The notes under the pieces were generated by a model. It had not been told where the DNA came from. It saw only the letters and a program-made list of their open reading frames with translations, and did not search any database. 64,000 nt of DNA, from positions 434,001 to 498,000 of the forward strand of contig NOWV01000016.1 of assembly GCA_003344405.1 (NCBI GenBank), written 5' to 3'. Origin of the DNA: Trichoplax sp. H2. Lineage: Eukaryota. Positions 1-14,649 of the stretch are shown piece after piece; the first letter of the stretch is position 1, and the number at the start of each line of letters is the position of its first letter. Made by a program: the position numbers and the translations under genes.

Positions 1-1199
1 AGCTTGTAGATAAGATCTATTTAAACGATTGGACAAATTAATAAAAAGTTAGTTCTTAGTTCCTAAGGTTAGAAGTATAACGGAAATCGAAGGTGTACGA
101 ATTATTGCGAGATCGTAGATTCGATCACAACGTTATCTTGTCACACGGGAATTTGTGACATGACGACGTTTCCATATGTTGTAATAGCTCTAACGTAACT
201 AATTTGAATTTGTTTAGGTAAAAGAATGACAGTAAAGGCGAATAAATCAGTTGTAATACGCGATAATTATGAGATTGTTAGTGATTATATATGTTTATTT
301 GTTGTTAAATAAGCAATGGCAGCTATACAATTTATATCGAGCATACTCCCCTAGAATATTACAGAATTGACTATCTTATGTACAATGATCGAAAACAATA
401 GATATACATCATATAAGCCAGGTGCGGAGTACAAATATACACACGTCTAACAGTCATTTCTCAGTCGCCCTTTGCCTATATAATAAAATCTGTTCTACTA
501 GCTGTAATTAAAGTGTGGTTCACACAAGTAATTTAGAATAGCAGATTTTATTACTGATTCTCTATCGATTGAGATACTACGTATTACGTAGACAATAGTA
601 CAACAAGCTCCGATAGACAAGGAAAACTTCCTGCAACAGCAGATCTTAGAAAAGAAGGACTAAGAACAACAATGGCAGAAAAGTGTCGCTGCTTAAATAT
701 ATTATCTTACTTGTTTGTAGCATGATAATTGTGAAAAACATAATTCAAGACTTACAGAACTTAGTATGAGAATAAAATTATACGATTAGTATCATATTCT
801 ACGAAGCTGAAATCAACATACTTGAATTATCACAAACATTACTAATATATATCTATTATTGTTAACAACCCTAGATTTTGGTATTATTTTTAAGTTATAT
901 CTAATTTACTTCTACATAACATGTTGACAATAATAGCTTATCTAACAGCTGCACTACAGCCTATTCAACAACAGTAGATAACTCGTACATTGATCAGTAA
1001 GAAGGCTGGAAAATTTTCTGCATAAAAGATATGAAAAACTGCAAATTACCTTAAGGAATTATAGCAAAAGTTATTTTTGAAAAATTTTTGGTACAAGTCA
1101 TTACATAGTACGCTGTTAATATTAAACTAGCTTTCTCTCATACTATATTGTCAAACTAAAATATAGCGGCAATTTTGCCTGTTAATAATTACAATGTGC

Positions 1200-4100
1200 T
1201 TATGTACTGCTTAAATTTAAGTGCTTAGTATCTGTAGGTGACATAGCGTCCCTATCAACCTTCCAAGTCACACATTGTTCAATTGTCATATCTAAATAAT
1301 TTTGCATACGAATTGGAATGTTTGTCTGATTACGAACACTTCGTAAATGTGCAAGATCTTTCCAAAGCATTGGACAATATTTTGTAGCTAAAATTTTAAA
1401 ATGTTGACGTTAGTAAGCTAACCACGCAATGAATAATTAATATTTAGCAGCAAAGCAGATTACTAATAATAAACTTACGGTAAACTCCAGTCAAATTTGC
1501 AAATGCCCAACTAGCAAAGTACTGGACTTGCATTGTATCATTAAGTAGAAGGTAAATTATCGGCGTTAACGATCTGCAATGGATACACCATGAATAAGCA
1601 TTAGCCGAGTATAAGTATCAAGTGGTACATTTAAATGGCAATCACTTTTAAATGTCATTAACCTATAATTGATTGTACGGTCTGCTTTTATATTCCAACT
1701 TTCGCTTACACTAATCTTTATGTGAAAAATGAGACATTTAGGTTAGAAAAATTTTACTTGAAAAAATGTAAAAAGTTATCAATGGATTGAATCGCTCACA
1801 ATTTCATTTAAAGTCTCTTCACGTAACGTTTCGCTAACAGTCCAGGCATCCTCTCCATCGGATGCTAAATGAGCCAAAATACCTGCTGAATTATAGCCTA
1901 TTTCTAATTCACTTTCTCGTAGTAAAGATCTATAAATCATGACATAGAAACAACATTTTTTTAATTTTATCACATATATTGCCACAACAATCTACAGCAT
2001 AACTACTAAGTTAGGCATTTCTAGTACATACCGGAACATTCTCATACAGTCTTCACGCATCAGGTAAAAGCGTAAGGATTTCACTTCCGCAACATTACCC
2101 TAGTTTCGTAAATGTAATAAAAATACATTTCTTTAGCTATGAAATTTGTAATTGAAATCTATAACTATTCAATAGCTTACCAACAATCCAAGCATATTTA
2201 CTATTAACGTTTTATCACCATGTAAAAACTACAAAAGTTAATTGATAAAGAAATTAATACAAGATTTCATTAAATGATAAATCTTATGCGTATGTGTGAA
2301 GGTACAATTTTATATCTTGAATTTACTTACTTGGAAACATTGTAAAAAGACATCAACCCCATCGTTTTTTAAAAACCTTTCACAATTTTCAGGTGTCTCA
2401 TCTAATAAACCGGTAGTTAAACTATCATGTAGATTATTTTTCGTATTAAAATAGTACAAGAAATATCTTACCAGTTACGTTCCACATTGCACTCCAGGCC
2501 ACATGCACAGCATGAGTACTCTAATGATGTAAAGCACGATTTACATTACGCAATAAAAATGTTGTTATTAAAACAATTAAATTAAATTACTCCCAAAATA
2601 GCACTAACAAGTATTCAATACTTTACCCTTCTAAGGTCTTCTTCGTCCAAGGCCGATCTTTCTTGTAATCTAGCAGAAATAATTCCAAGTAACAGCTAGA
2701 AATAAAACAAAAAATTTTTATCATCATTTAATTTTTCCACTAAAAATGAATTTTACTACATCAGCAAAATGATCCCTTACTTCGATGAAATTTAAAGAAC
2801 CAAAATATTCCTTGCTTTCACCAGATACCTATTTACATTAATATGCATTAGACAGTAGATAATACCAAGCCCAAGATAACTGTAATTATAATTAATTCTA
2901 GTGTAGTATATATTGTATGTTATAAAATGGATGATGACTAACTACCGAATCTTGCAATACTATACGTACCGTTATTTGAAATGCTTACCTGACAAACTAA
3001 TGAATTACAAAGTTGTAGGGAAATTCTCTGAACGAAATCGTCCAAACTATTAGTCATGTATCCAACCAAGACTTTAGCCAATCTTTCATATACAAATGTC
3101 TGTATATAAAAATAACATCTTCTAAGTATGATAATACATTATGACACTTGATTATCACTACAGATAGCAGTCTTTCTAACACCAAAATACGTACAACTTC
3201 TATAGGAATTCTAAAGTTGCATAATGAGACGCAAGTATTCTTTTGCAACTATCCAGATGAAAAGTAGATAGCATAATTAATAGTTGAAAATGTATTCTAA
3301 AAGAGCATATTAATGAATCTAAATTATAACATTATTAGATAGTGCAATATACGTAATAGTTGATAGGTAAGAGCTATAAAAAGACAAGCCGTTCTATACC
3401 TGAATTCGTGTAGATTGTGAGTGATGATGTTCCATAGCCACCAACAATGCTGATACTGCCATTCTAAAAATATTTATCAACCAATGAGTTATCAATGTCC
3501 TAAATTTACTAGTTGTCATTATAATAACATAGATATTATATGTTATTGTAACAAATCACCAGTGAAACAATCAATGCTGTAATAATAATTATATTATAGT
3601 GATGTAATGATGGAACGCAATCATCGGAATCATTGCAATTGATATTAATTCTGATATAAATATTATACTGTCAACTTTTTACTTCTACTGCTACAATCTG
3701 AAATCTTTTACAGCGTCAATGCCAAACGATTCATAATCGAATAGTTATCACTTATTTAATCAGTTGTATAATATCATAATTTATCATCAATATTTTTCCT
3801 ATCATATCTTGTCGAAATATCGCTACCAGAATAATTAATGTTAAGGATGCATGTATATATATATATATATACATTTATATTAGTACATGCTTAGTTTACT
3901 ATATCGATACCCATCACTACAGCGATAGTCAATTATAATAGTCATTCACCTTCTTAAGTCGATGCTTTGAGTTGGAGACGCTGAGTCTTTAGTGAAATGA
4001 TAGATTGAAGCACTGCAAAGAATATCCACAAGATAATAGAAACGTAAGAGATTGACTGAAGCATCGCAGTGTCAAGAATAAACAGCTTTGCATTAGATAT

Positions 4101-6536
4101 TCCGAATTTTAGATTACCAACTGGTAAAGCGACTTTTAAAAACACTAACAACATGCTTATCCTTATACTAACAATACTTAACTTTCTTTTGTAATCAAGT
4201 AACGAAAGTAGATATAACCATAATCTCCACTATAAAGAATAACTATCATTTGTTTTAAGTACTAAAATGGTGATTGATTTTAAAATTTACCTTCCAGCGC
4301 TTTGGATACTGTAATCATCAGGATATGTTAACATACATTGACAGACAGCCTGTTATAATGAGCCATTAATAAGAGCAAATATCAGTAAGAAGCGAATAGA
4401 GTCCAATAAATTTGATCATTTCTATCAAGCCATTTTTAGTTGGGTGATACATCCAATGGGCTAAAGATGAAAACATACCTCTAAAGCTTCATCATTATTG
4501 GATAGGTTAGAATGCCTGGCAATTTCGAATAGTCGTCTTAAAGCAGAGTCAACATACTGACGGCGATTTTTATATAATTTTAAGACCAATACGATTTGAT
4601 GTTCATCTTGCTCTCCGGTAGTCTAATGAATTATGATTGGTAAGATGAAGTTATAACATCTAATTTACAATTGAAATAAAAAATAATTCAACTCAGATCT
4701 ACTGCAATCCTTGGATTACTAAACCCATGGATAGCATACGTATCACTTTGTTTGTAATATCAATATTATTGTTTGACTCACATATTGAGCAAGCTGAGAT
4801 AATCCAGGAAAATTATGATAATCGACAAACATCAAGCCTAAGAATTCTAACTTTGGCTTGACACTTAATAAAACTTCGAAATTTTTTCGACATAATTGCA
4901 TGCCCGATAAATCGAGAGCTTCTAACTTGGTTAATTCTATGCAATGATAAATGACAATATCAATATTTAGGTTAGTAAATAGCTTCTAATTTGATTCATT
5001 TGATGTAATGATCAGTGATTGTATAGAATATTTAGGTTCGTTAATAGACTCATAGGCATATTTAGTCAGTTAGCTGGTTCAATGGCCAGATCGATGGATG
5101 TATCTATTACAATAAATGATTTCTTTCCTGGTTGATTTGTACTGTGGTTAGTATCTATATGAAGCATCAACTACCGATACATAGATATATCGTCAACAAA
5201 CGCCGATACATCTATTTCGATGAAGTTCTTCTATTGATAAATTAATCAATTACATCCAATTTGAAAGGCAATTATTTAGCGGGTTAGTCTATCACGACTA
5301 TCAATGTAACGAACTACTGAATAAACCAATTTTTTTTTGTCCAAGAAAGTTATTGATATTTCCACGATAACTGCATATGAATGTTTATTCTAGGCTGTAC
5401 TAATGTTATAATGAGTACTATATGAATGCATTATTGTAACTTGGGGTATACGTAATATCATATGATGATTGCGTTGATAACATGGTCAGGTATAAAATTT
5501 TGAAATAGTATAGTAGTAGCCTTCATGCTTGTTTTGCTATTCAAGGAATTCGCTAGCACTAGACGATCAGTTAAAATGGATTGGTTAGGGGAAAGAGTGT
5601 AATGTTGAAGGACAACCTTAACATAATTTAAAAAGTGTAGTTCTATCGCAGGAGGATAAGAGGGAAAATATTGTCTCATCATTAACAGTGGATTTCGAGC
5701 GTTTACCATCATGCTGATATAATAAAAAAAAAAAAGGGAAAAATAATCATGAGCTAAAAATGAAGTATGCTATTGTATTTACCATGGAATAATTCATCTT
5801 CTATATATCCATATTGCCTCATATGTTCATAACCATTCATTGGTGAACATGAGATGTCCAATTTGCGCAAATTTTTCAATCTTAATACTGTCTTTAAAAT
5901 AAAATCAATGCCTAAACTATCGAACAAGAGTAAGCACTCCAAGGTATCGGCTAGCACTTCTAGACCTTTCAATGACTTCAATTGTAAACCGGATAAATTA
6001 ATGGCTTTAAGATGACGTAAGCGTCTTCCTACATCCAATACATTGCTATCAATTTTAGTATAGCTAGCATCTAATGATCGCAATGCATGAAAATTGACGA
6101 CACAACGAAAATGATTAATGGATGTACAATGATTGATATTTAAATGGCGCAACGTTGAAGCACTTTTACTCTCGAATAAATACAACACATATTCGGTAAT
6201 ATGATCATTTTCTGATACATCAATCTCTTGTAATTCTTGATTGGCTAAATATGATAATCCTTTATTGCTAATTTTACTTCGACGAGCACATAAACGACGC
6301 ATTTGATTGTGGCTACCACTGCGAAATAAAGAAAGCCAAGCTTCATTGAGAAGATGACGAGCATTAAGCCTTTTGATCATTGCGTCGCCAATTTCGGGTG
6401 GTAACGACAAGGTGGGATAGAGAGGAAATTGAAATCCACTGCCGTTAGGCCGATCGACATGCGAGCTTAACTGCTCAATTAATACATCGATACAATATGC
6501 AACCAGTGAAGGCACTGAATAAACAGGAATATCCAT
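1200..6536 (-). CDS. ZER1: ZER1/ZYG-11 family Cul2-ElonginBC E3 ligase substrate receptor (BC-box, LRRs, ARM repeats), about 740 aa, 18 exons
   Basis: Manually spliced GT-AG exons keep one frame: 5783-6536, 4782-4936, 4479-4622, 4291-4349, 3950-4012, 3400-3463, 3195-3248, 2989-3099, 2781-2828, 2627-2695, 2472-2520, 2331-2401, 2181-2228, 2032-2099, 1800-1929, 1663-1715, 1479-1573, 1200-1387. N-terminal VPSLVAYC BC-box, LRRs (LRHLNINHC, LRSLDASYT, LRKLDISCS), and ARM-region motifs AWSAMWNVTDETPENCERF, MLGLLGNVAEVKSLR, YNSAGILAHLASDG, WAFANLT typical of ZER1. Confidence 0.9.
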
Positions 6537-7001
6537 GATCAACCAGAATAATGTGTCATCAAAATGGAAGACCAAAGGGAAAAAATGGTTGCTACGTTAT
6601 TGACTAGCGACCTCGTAGATGATGGCCGCCTTGACTGGCTAGTTGACGTTTACCATGGACGGACGGAAGAGAGTACGGCGCTCTGGCTGCCCGCAAGGTA
6701 TACCACTCCAGTATAGCCAGAGTCGACTAGTCCTTGCACTAGTACAACTCGATAAGGGGGCCAGAGTAGGACCCCAACCGAACCGCTTCCTGTCCGGTCC
6801 TCTGTCCAGCGGTAACACGCTTATACCGCTATATACTGTCCTATACAAGCGGAGCAAACCATACAGAATGTATACTATCGCGACAACGACGAGGACATCG
6901 TATTAACGTAGCAACTCACGCAGGTCAACACTGTGTCAATCGCAGTGCAGCGGCTCGAGCTCCAATCGCCTCCAGAAATAATGCTGAAACAGCTCGAGAT
7001 G

Positions 7002-8138
7002 GTAGCCATTTCACCATGGCAATAGGATTAATTAAGAAGCTAAATAGCAATCTTTCAAGGCTGTTGATACTACTCGTCTAGAAGGAGCTTTAAACCATCC
7101 TAGTTCTCGTCTTGCATGATATGGTTAGGACGTAAGGGCCATCAACAGGATTCCTCCCTCTAGCAACATGGCGACACTTTATACCGTGCAAAAGTGACAT
7201 CAAAATAGGCTCACTTTAGCCTTGTATTATAGCCATTTCACCATAGCAATAGGATTAATTAAGAAGCTAAATAGCAGTCTTTCAAGGCTGTTGATACTAC
7301 TCGTCTAGAAGGAGCTTAGGAGCTTTAAACCATCCTAGTTCTCGTCTTGCATGATATGGTTAGGAAGTAAGGGCCCATCAACAGGGTTCCTCAAGCAACA
7401 TGGCGACACTTTATACCGTGCAAAAGGGATATCAAAATAGGCCCTTTTTAGCCTTGTATTGTAGCCATTTCACCATAGCAACAAGACTAATTAAGAAGCT
7501 AAATAGCACTGTATATGCTGATGATGTGCTATTCGTCTAGAAGGAGCTTTAAACCATCCTAGTCCTCGTCTTGCATGATATGGTTAGGACGTAAGGGCCA
7601 TCAACAGGATTCCTCTAGCAACATGGCGACACTTTATACCATGCAAAAGGGACATCAAAATAGGCTCACTTTAGCCTTGTATTGTAGCCATTTCACCATA
7701 GCAATAGGATTAATTAAGAAGCTAAATAGCAGTCTTTAAACGCTGTTGATACTACTCGTCTAGAAGGAGCTTTAAACCATCCTAGTTCTCGTCTTGCATG
7801 ATATGGTTAGGACGTAAGGGCCATCAACAGGATTCCTCCCTCTAGCAACATGCGACACTTTATACCGTGCAAAAGTGACATCAAAATAGGCTCACTTTAG
7901 CCTTGTATTGTAGCCATTTCACCATAGCAATAAGACTAATTAAGAAGCTAAATAGCAGTCTTTAAAGGCTGCTGATATACTACTCGTCTAGAAGGAGCTT
8001 TAAACCATCCTAGTTCTCGTCTTGCATGATATGGTTAGGACGTAAGGGCCCATCAACAGGATTCCTCTAGCAACATGGCGACACTTTATACCATACAAAG
8101 GGACATCAAAATAGGCCCACTTTAGCGCTGTATTGTAG
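7002..8138. repeat. Tandem array of five ~226-232 bp near-identical units
   Basis: The unit start (g/a)tagccatttcaccat recurs at about 7002, 7229, 7461, 7684 and 7910. The internal string tcgtctagaaggagc...aaaccatcctag...gcaacat(g)gcgacactttatacc...aaaataggc is shared by all copies. Confidence 0.95.
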
Positions 8139-8832
8139 ACACAACACTAGCCTACAGTAGAGTAATAAGATTCAAGAGGAAAAGTGAATCATTTCTATCC
8201 TTTCTAGTGCTGACGATTGGTTAATTGACTTCAAATTCAGCAAGGACAAGTTGTAAATAGCGCCATCTTGGAAGGGATCGACTTTCGATCATTTTAGCCC
8301 ATTCGACCATAGTAATTAGTGATAGCTGACGCCAGTTACAGTACTTACCCTATTTCTCTATCATCTAGAGTTAGCAACCCTAACAATACTATAAGACCTG
8401 GTGTAAAGCCCTATTGATCCTTAACAGTAGCATCATTCGTATGGTATTTGGATACGGTTACAGTAGTAGTACTGTATTTATACTCAAAATAGTTTCGGGT
8501 TCAATACGGCACAGACTTCTAACGGACTGCTATTAGTATAAGCTATTCACTACTGTCTGAGTAAGAAGACTGAAGTTGTTGACAGTTTTCAAGAGTCCAG
8601 CACGGTGACCACCGCCCTCAAAGACGGCCATCTTGCTCCACCTTGGACCCGTTTGCTGCCATTGATTGGCAAGTAATCCATTGCAATGCACACTAATCTT
8701 CTTAGATTGCTAGTAAACCTTTAAATAAACAATCGAACTTGGATGCAACCTTACCAATAATAATCTTACAGTATCGCGATGGGCCAATCGAGCAAAGATT
8801 GTCATCATCATCGCGGTAGGCCAAGGCAAGAG

Positions 8833-10918
8833 ATGCAAACATCCAGCAAGAACAAGCAATTAGCTGGATTAATGCTCCACGATGCAATCGCTGGAGGATT
8901 TGCTGGATTAATAACACGCTTTCTTACTTCACCGCTTGATGTCATCAAGATTAGGTTTCAATTGCAGCTTGAATCAACCTTGAAGGTAAGCTAATGGTGG
9001 ATAACGAGCTATGCATGCTTTAGTTGTCAACACTCATAGCCTAGTAGCAAGCTAACTGAACTTTCAACTTGATCAATCATCTCCCAATGCTAGACACAAA
9101 AACAAAATTCAAAGTACTTTGGAATCTATCAATCCATGATAAAAATTATTTCGGAAGAAGGTCTATTAGCATTATGGTAACAATTCTTCTTCATTTCACC
9201 CTTCAATTTGAATCTTATCACACCTTCAATGTCTCAGCTTGACCACTATAAATCAATTCTAGGAAAGGACAAATGGCTGGCCAACTCTTGTCCATCACCT
9301 ATGGAGGCGTGCAAGTAGGTTATCTGCTATTTTATGACATAACTATTATTTTAAAGTGATCGAATCATACTGCTCTTGGTGCCTAGTACAACTGTATATT
9401 AAAGTTTACTACTTTGCGGATTTATAAATAGTACCCTGACAAATCAGATATAAAATAAACTAAGAGCATACGAGTACAGTAATTGAATAATGATCGCGTC
9501 ATCATGATAACTACTCTTTTCTTCAAGCTAATACCTTTCATTTTATGATTTACAGTTCATGTCATATAATTTCAGTAAAAAAGTCATCTATGAATTACAT
9601 CAGCAAAATATAATTTCTCCATTACAACCTAACGGTAACTACCATCAACAGTCACACTCTTGTCTCTACTGTAGAAGTGCACATTATTAGTACACATGAA
9701 TTAACTGCCATCATTCATTTCAGTCGTCAGCTTCGTTTGTGGCAGCATAGCTGGCCTTACTGCTTCAACAGTAGCTCACCCTCTGGATGTCTTGCGTACA
9801 AGATTTGTCGCTCAAGGCGAACCTAAGGTAGTTGTAATTCTTTGCAAGTTGCAATACTAACCTTTCAATAACCATCAAAGTGTTTGTAATTTATAATAAT
9901 ACTATCTTATTTTATGCTATTAGTATTATATTAGCTATAAACACGCCTTAGCTAAGATGGGCAAAGATGAAGGGATAAGATCATTTTATAAAGGTAAACA
10001 TTTATGCTACAGTTTATCCGATTGAACATTCTCGGAGAAGATATTTCAATATTCAGTAAAATGAATTAAACGACCATCCATAGGTTTATCACCAACATTA
10101 CTATGCATAGTACCTCAGACTGGTCTGCAATTCGCGTTTTACGAATTTTTTATCCGAGAACTGAGAAGGTACTCAGTGGCTACAAGTAATGGAAAAGGGG
10201 TAAAATTGGTCACATGTTATTCATGTTTCAAGAAGACATTAACTTGTGTGTCCCTACTAGTGCATTAGCAAAGGATCGATATTTTTCAATCTTATCTTTG
10301 TAACTTTGTAGAATTTAAACAAAAATGGCGTCGATATAACTGTAAGTGGAGGCGCTGCCGGAATTTTTAGTAAAAGCATCATCTATCCACTTGATGTGGC
10401 TAAAAAACGATTAGAAGTATGGATCATATCGCATATACCTGCTTTTTCCAATTGGTTATCAAATCTGCATTTATTATAGTGCATAGTATTTTGATTGCTA
10501 GACATATTACAACTTATATAACTATGTTAATTGCAAGATACCGGCTTTATATCAATCATATCTTTTTCTCTTTAGGTAAATGGCTTTGTAAAGCCCCGAG
10601 AAAAATTTGGTCAAGTAGATAAATACAATAGTCTTAAAGACTGTTTTCTGAAAATATGGTCCACTGAAGGCCTAGCTGGCTTTTATAAAGGACTCTCTCC
10701 TAGCCTTGTTAAGGTGAATTGACACATGAATGAATGCAATACAATCGCACATATCTAGTGCTATGTAAAACTTAACCACATTAGCTATAGCTAGGATATC
10801 CTAGATTCTAAATTAATGACTTTTAATTTCATTATAGGCAGCATTATCCTCCTCACTGATGTTTTTCTTGTACGAAAAGAGTATTTATTATCTTAACAGA
10901 ACACGAAAAGATAGCTGA
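8833..10918 (+). CDS. SLC25A19: Mitochondrial carrier, thiamine pyrophosphate carrier (SLC25A19/TPC1-like), about 326 aa, 10 exons
   Basis: Exons 8833-8985, 9094-9176, 9263-9314, 9556-9634, 9724-9827, 9924-9993, 10084-10199, 10312-10416, 10576-10713, 10838-10918. Three PX(D/E)XX(K/R)XR signatures: [42 protein letters not shown]. These strings and [12 protein letters not shown] match SLC25A19. An in-frame upstream ATG exists at 8779. Confidence 0.88.
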
Positions 10919-13900
10919 TGCATGCAAAGTGTCGGATACGATAGCAACAATTACTTTTAAAGTCAGATTCACCATATCCAAAGCCAGATCCTTGACAAAA
11001 TATGACAATCACAGAAAGCTATATTCTTATTTAAATGACGAGTACCTACATGATGATTTGCGGAAATCTACCTATAGATACTAGATACATTCTTTACACG
11101 TAATTTAAAGCTATCAAAAACCCCTCAATGTAAAGATACTGCATAATACATAGTACCATTACTGTAGACACATTTTCTCTAGCGGTATCTGCATTATTTT
11201 TTAAAATGACTTTATCATTTTTTTACTTAAGAACCTAATAATATAATTTTTAGCTTTGATGTAGAACTCTCAAAAATTCTTTATGCAAAATACTATATAA
11301 CATACAGATATAGATACAATTATATTAGGATATTTTATTTAGTAGTGATTATAGTCTTGTTTTAATGACGCACACTTAGCTGTTTATGCGCATAGATATA
11401 CTTACAACTGTATTTCTTACTCGTGATATAAAATCTCTTAGAAAGGCTCTATGCAAAGATACTACATAGCAGATACCGTCATGTATAAATATTTTTACGT
11501 AGTAGTTCTTACATTCTTATTTATTAACAAACGTTGAGCCGTTTATACGTAATATTTACTAGAGTTGTTTGGATGCTCTCTACAAAAATATTACTACTCT
11601 GATTTATATGTCTTCCTATGCTAGAGACTTCTCCTATCAATAGCGCATTCAAGTGTATTTGGCTTTATTATCAATTTACTAAACTTCAGTTTATTTCATC
11701 TATTGTACAGCTGTACAGCCGATATCTGCGGTAACCAACAATTTATTAAAATTATTTTCATGTAATACAGTTCAGCAGAGATAATATCATCATTTTTCGA
11801 CTACATCTTTATACTCGTATAACTACCATAGAGTCAGACAAAAAAATTAATATTCTTTATGATTCGAGCTAAGTGGTTCTAGATGTGTAGCAACTTGCTT
11901 GTTATTCGTACACTTTTAAATATTGAGTAAACCAAGATAAGTATTTTAACTCTAGCATTTACAACACCTCTAGGAAGCACCATGTAACAAATAGATTATA
12001 ATAGTACTCCAGCTGTGAAAAATTCTTTCTGATTGTGTATGTCTACATTTTTCACCGTACTGAGTAAACATCCGCAATGCCCTTATAACACGTACAGTTT
12101 TCGCAGGTTAGCATTCTAAATTATAATCTAGATACTATCGGAATGGCTAATCCATGGTAAAGAAAATGAAATCTTCCTTTCATTCCTTTATTGTTACACA
12201 ACGGTATATACTTTACTACTTCGCTTATAAAATAAAATGTATCTATAGTAATCGATGACGGTAACATAAAACTCGCTTACTAATGTACGTCGATATTTCT
12301 ATCTGAATAATATATTCGAAGCAAGAAGATACCGTAGCTTATATAATTAGTAACTTTTCATGTAATTTCATCACTTAATAGTCAATATATGGCTAATCCA
12401 TGTTGAAAAGTAACATTTCTTAATCCATTAACTGATATCGTACGGTATTGTTCAAACTAATCCAGATATAGAAAAAGCACATCGACAACAACAAAGTAAA
12501 ACTCTATGGTTAATCTTCGTATATGTTTACAATGACGTAGTGATATTTATAACTAGTATACCAGATAGAATAATCGCATACAATCAATCTTATTGCTGGT
12601 GAAAAAAGTATCAATCAATGAACAATATCACTACCGTTCCATTTAAGAACCACAAGTATACAAGGGTGATCTTTTGTTGCAAATCAAAAAAATTGCCATT
12701 ACTCCCAAATAGTACTACTGTATTGAATGACAACATCGCTTCTATCTGCAAGACAGATAGCCGCATCCTCTTCAAAAGTTACGTGTATTTGTTTTAGCGG
12801 CGAAGTTAAAATCAAATTAACGCCCATACAATAACACAAGAAATGCCAAAATTATTCTTCAGCTTTTTTTCTTGAAAAGGTACAAAAGAAATAACTCATC
12901 CATTATGCTAAAATTAAATTCATTACCGATACAATAGCATTCAATAGTTGAAAAGAAGCGAACTGACCTTCAAGAGTATAATTTATTATGATGTTGATCA
13001 TCTTTTGTTGGTGTTTGTAACTGCTGACGATAATCTATATTATTTCTCATTGGTATAGAGAGTAACAACCTGGAGTTTAGTTTCATGCCACTGTAGCCAT
13101 ACCTATAAATAATTAAAGTCTTCATTTTAGCATTAAATTAATATTTTCAGTAACTTGCAAGCAATGTTGACATAATATTTTGCCATATTCATAAATATTG
13201 ACATAGTTTACTAACAACTAGAGAATGCATCCGGTGAATAGATTAAGTACGCAACTTATGGCAAATGATGGCGAATTCTAACGCTATTAGAACATCAATG
13301 TCTCAATCGAGAATTTTTAAGAATAGTAAATACTACTAGGACTCTACAATGTTATACAACGTTTACTTTAATTTACTAATTTTGTATTCTGATTAACGCT
13401 ACACCGGGTACAAAAAGGAGATTAAAAAAAACAGTAGTAGATCAGAACTACATAGAAGAAGGAGTTGAGTAAAGTTTATCGTGTGCATTTTTTCAGACTG
13501 TACACGGATAAAACCTTTGAATATAATATGAATCAACAGATGAAATAGTTCAACCGGATTTGTTCATATTCTAATCAAGAATATTTGGCAAAAATAAGGA
13601 TAGAAAAAATGTAGAGTTAGCCTACTCCGTGTATGTAGCCTATCTTTCTATACAATTTTATCCATAACCAATATTTATTGTTGCCAATGAAGTCATGGAT
13701 TTAAACAAATACGATATCAATAGTAACATGATATTCTAGAAGCGAACAACTATTATATTGTCTATGGAGTTAAATCATTATTCTTGCTAAAATTTCGAAA
13801 GGCTATCACTAAAAAATAGCATTCAATCTATAATACAAAAATTATACAGTCTAATAACAATTCTATAGAAATAAAGGATCAAAATAATGTCTTAGAATTG

Positions 13901-14649
13901 ATCATTATTCTAGTTAAATTACAAATGATGATAGTGAATAAACAAGCTCATCTTGATTAAGGATCATCAGCTTGATTAAAATATGCCTACCGGCTTAACG
14001 AGTTAATTTAACTATAAATTGAAAGATTCTCGTGATGCAGTAAGATTGCATTCATGATAGACTACTTCGCTTGGAGAATACTGATTCTATGAGATATTCT
14101 TTACTTTTAATCAATAAGTTTAGCACTTGTTTCAAGACAACGGATCTTGTAATTAATAATTAATAATATATTATGCTGACAAAATACTCTATCATTTGGA
14201 AATTTTACCTAAGCATAATTTTAAAAGACTCCCCTATAAAAATATTATTGTAACCTATTTTAATCTAGCCAATACTAATTGCATATGGAAATTCTCTCTG
14301 GCTTTGATCAGTTCGCCACGGCTTTAAAGAAAGCTATCGTAAAAAACACAATTATCGATTCAAAAAATTATCCGCTATGACTATTGATAGTAACCCAACA
14401 GCGACAATATCAATCCATTACGAAAGCCGGTACTAATTTAAGGAGTTCATTAAATCGTTTAGTTCCTCTATTTCTGCTTTAACCTAATAACTTCCGTCCT
14501 ACTCTAAGAAACGATCATTCCCAGGATCAGAGCTGATCTTTTACTTAGAATTAGTCCATTATCAATGCTATATTTTTCTACTATGGCCTATGCAAGGAAT
14601 TCATTTCCTTTCTCTCACTCTCCCTGTATCTCTTTCAATCAACAATTTT

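Noticed and set aside
6639-6906. Short overlapping ORFs on both strands
   Set aside because: GC-richer promoter or 5' UTR DNA with no recognisable protein motif.
7002-8138. Array as a CRISPR, hammerhead ribozyme or histone stem-loop
   Set aside because: There are no unique spacers and the context is eukaryotic. CTGATGA occurs in only one copy. The AGGCT..AGCCT hairpin lacks the 6-bp stem and 4-nt loop of histone stem-loops.
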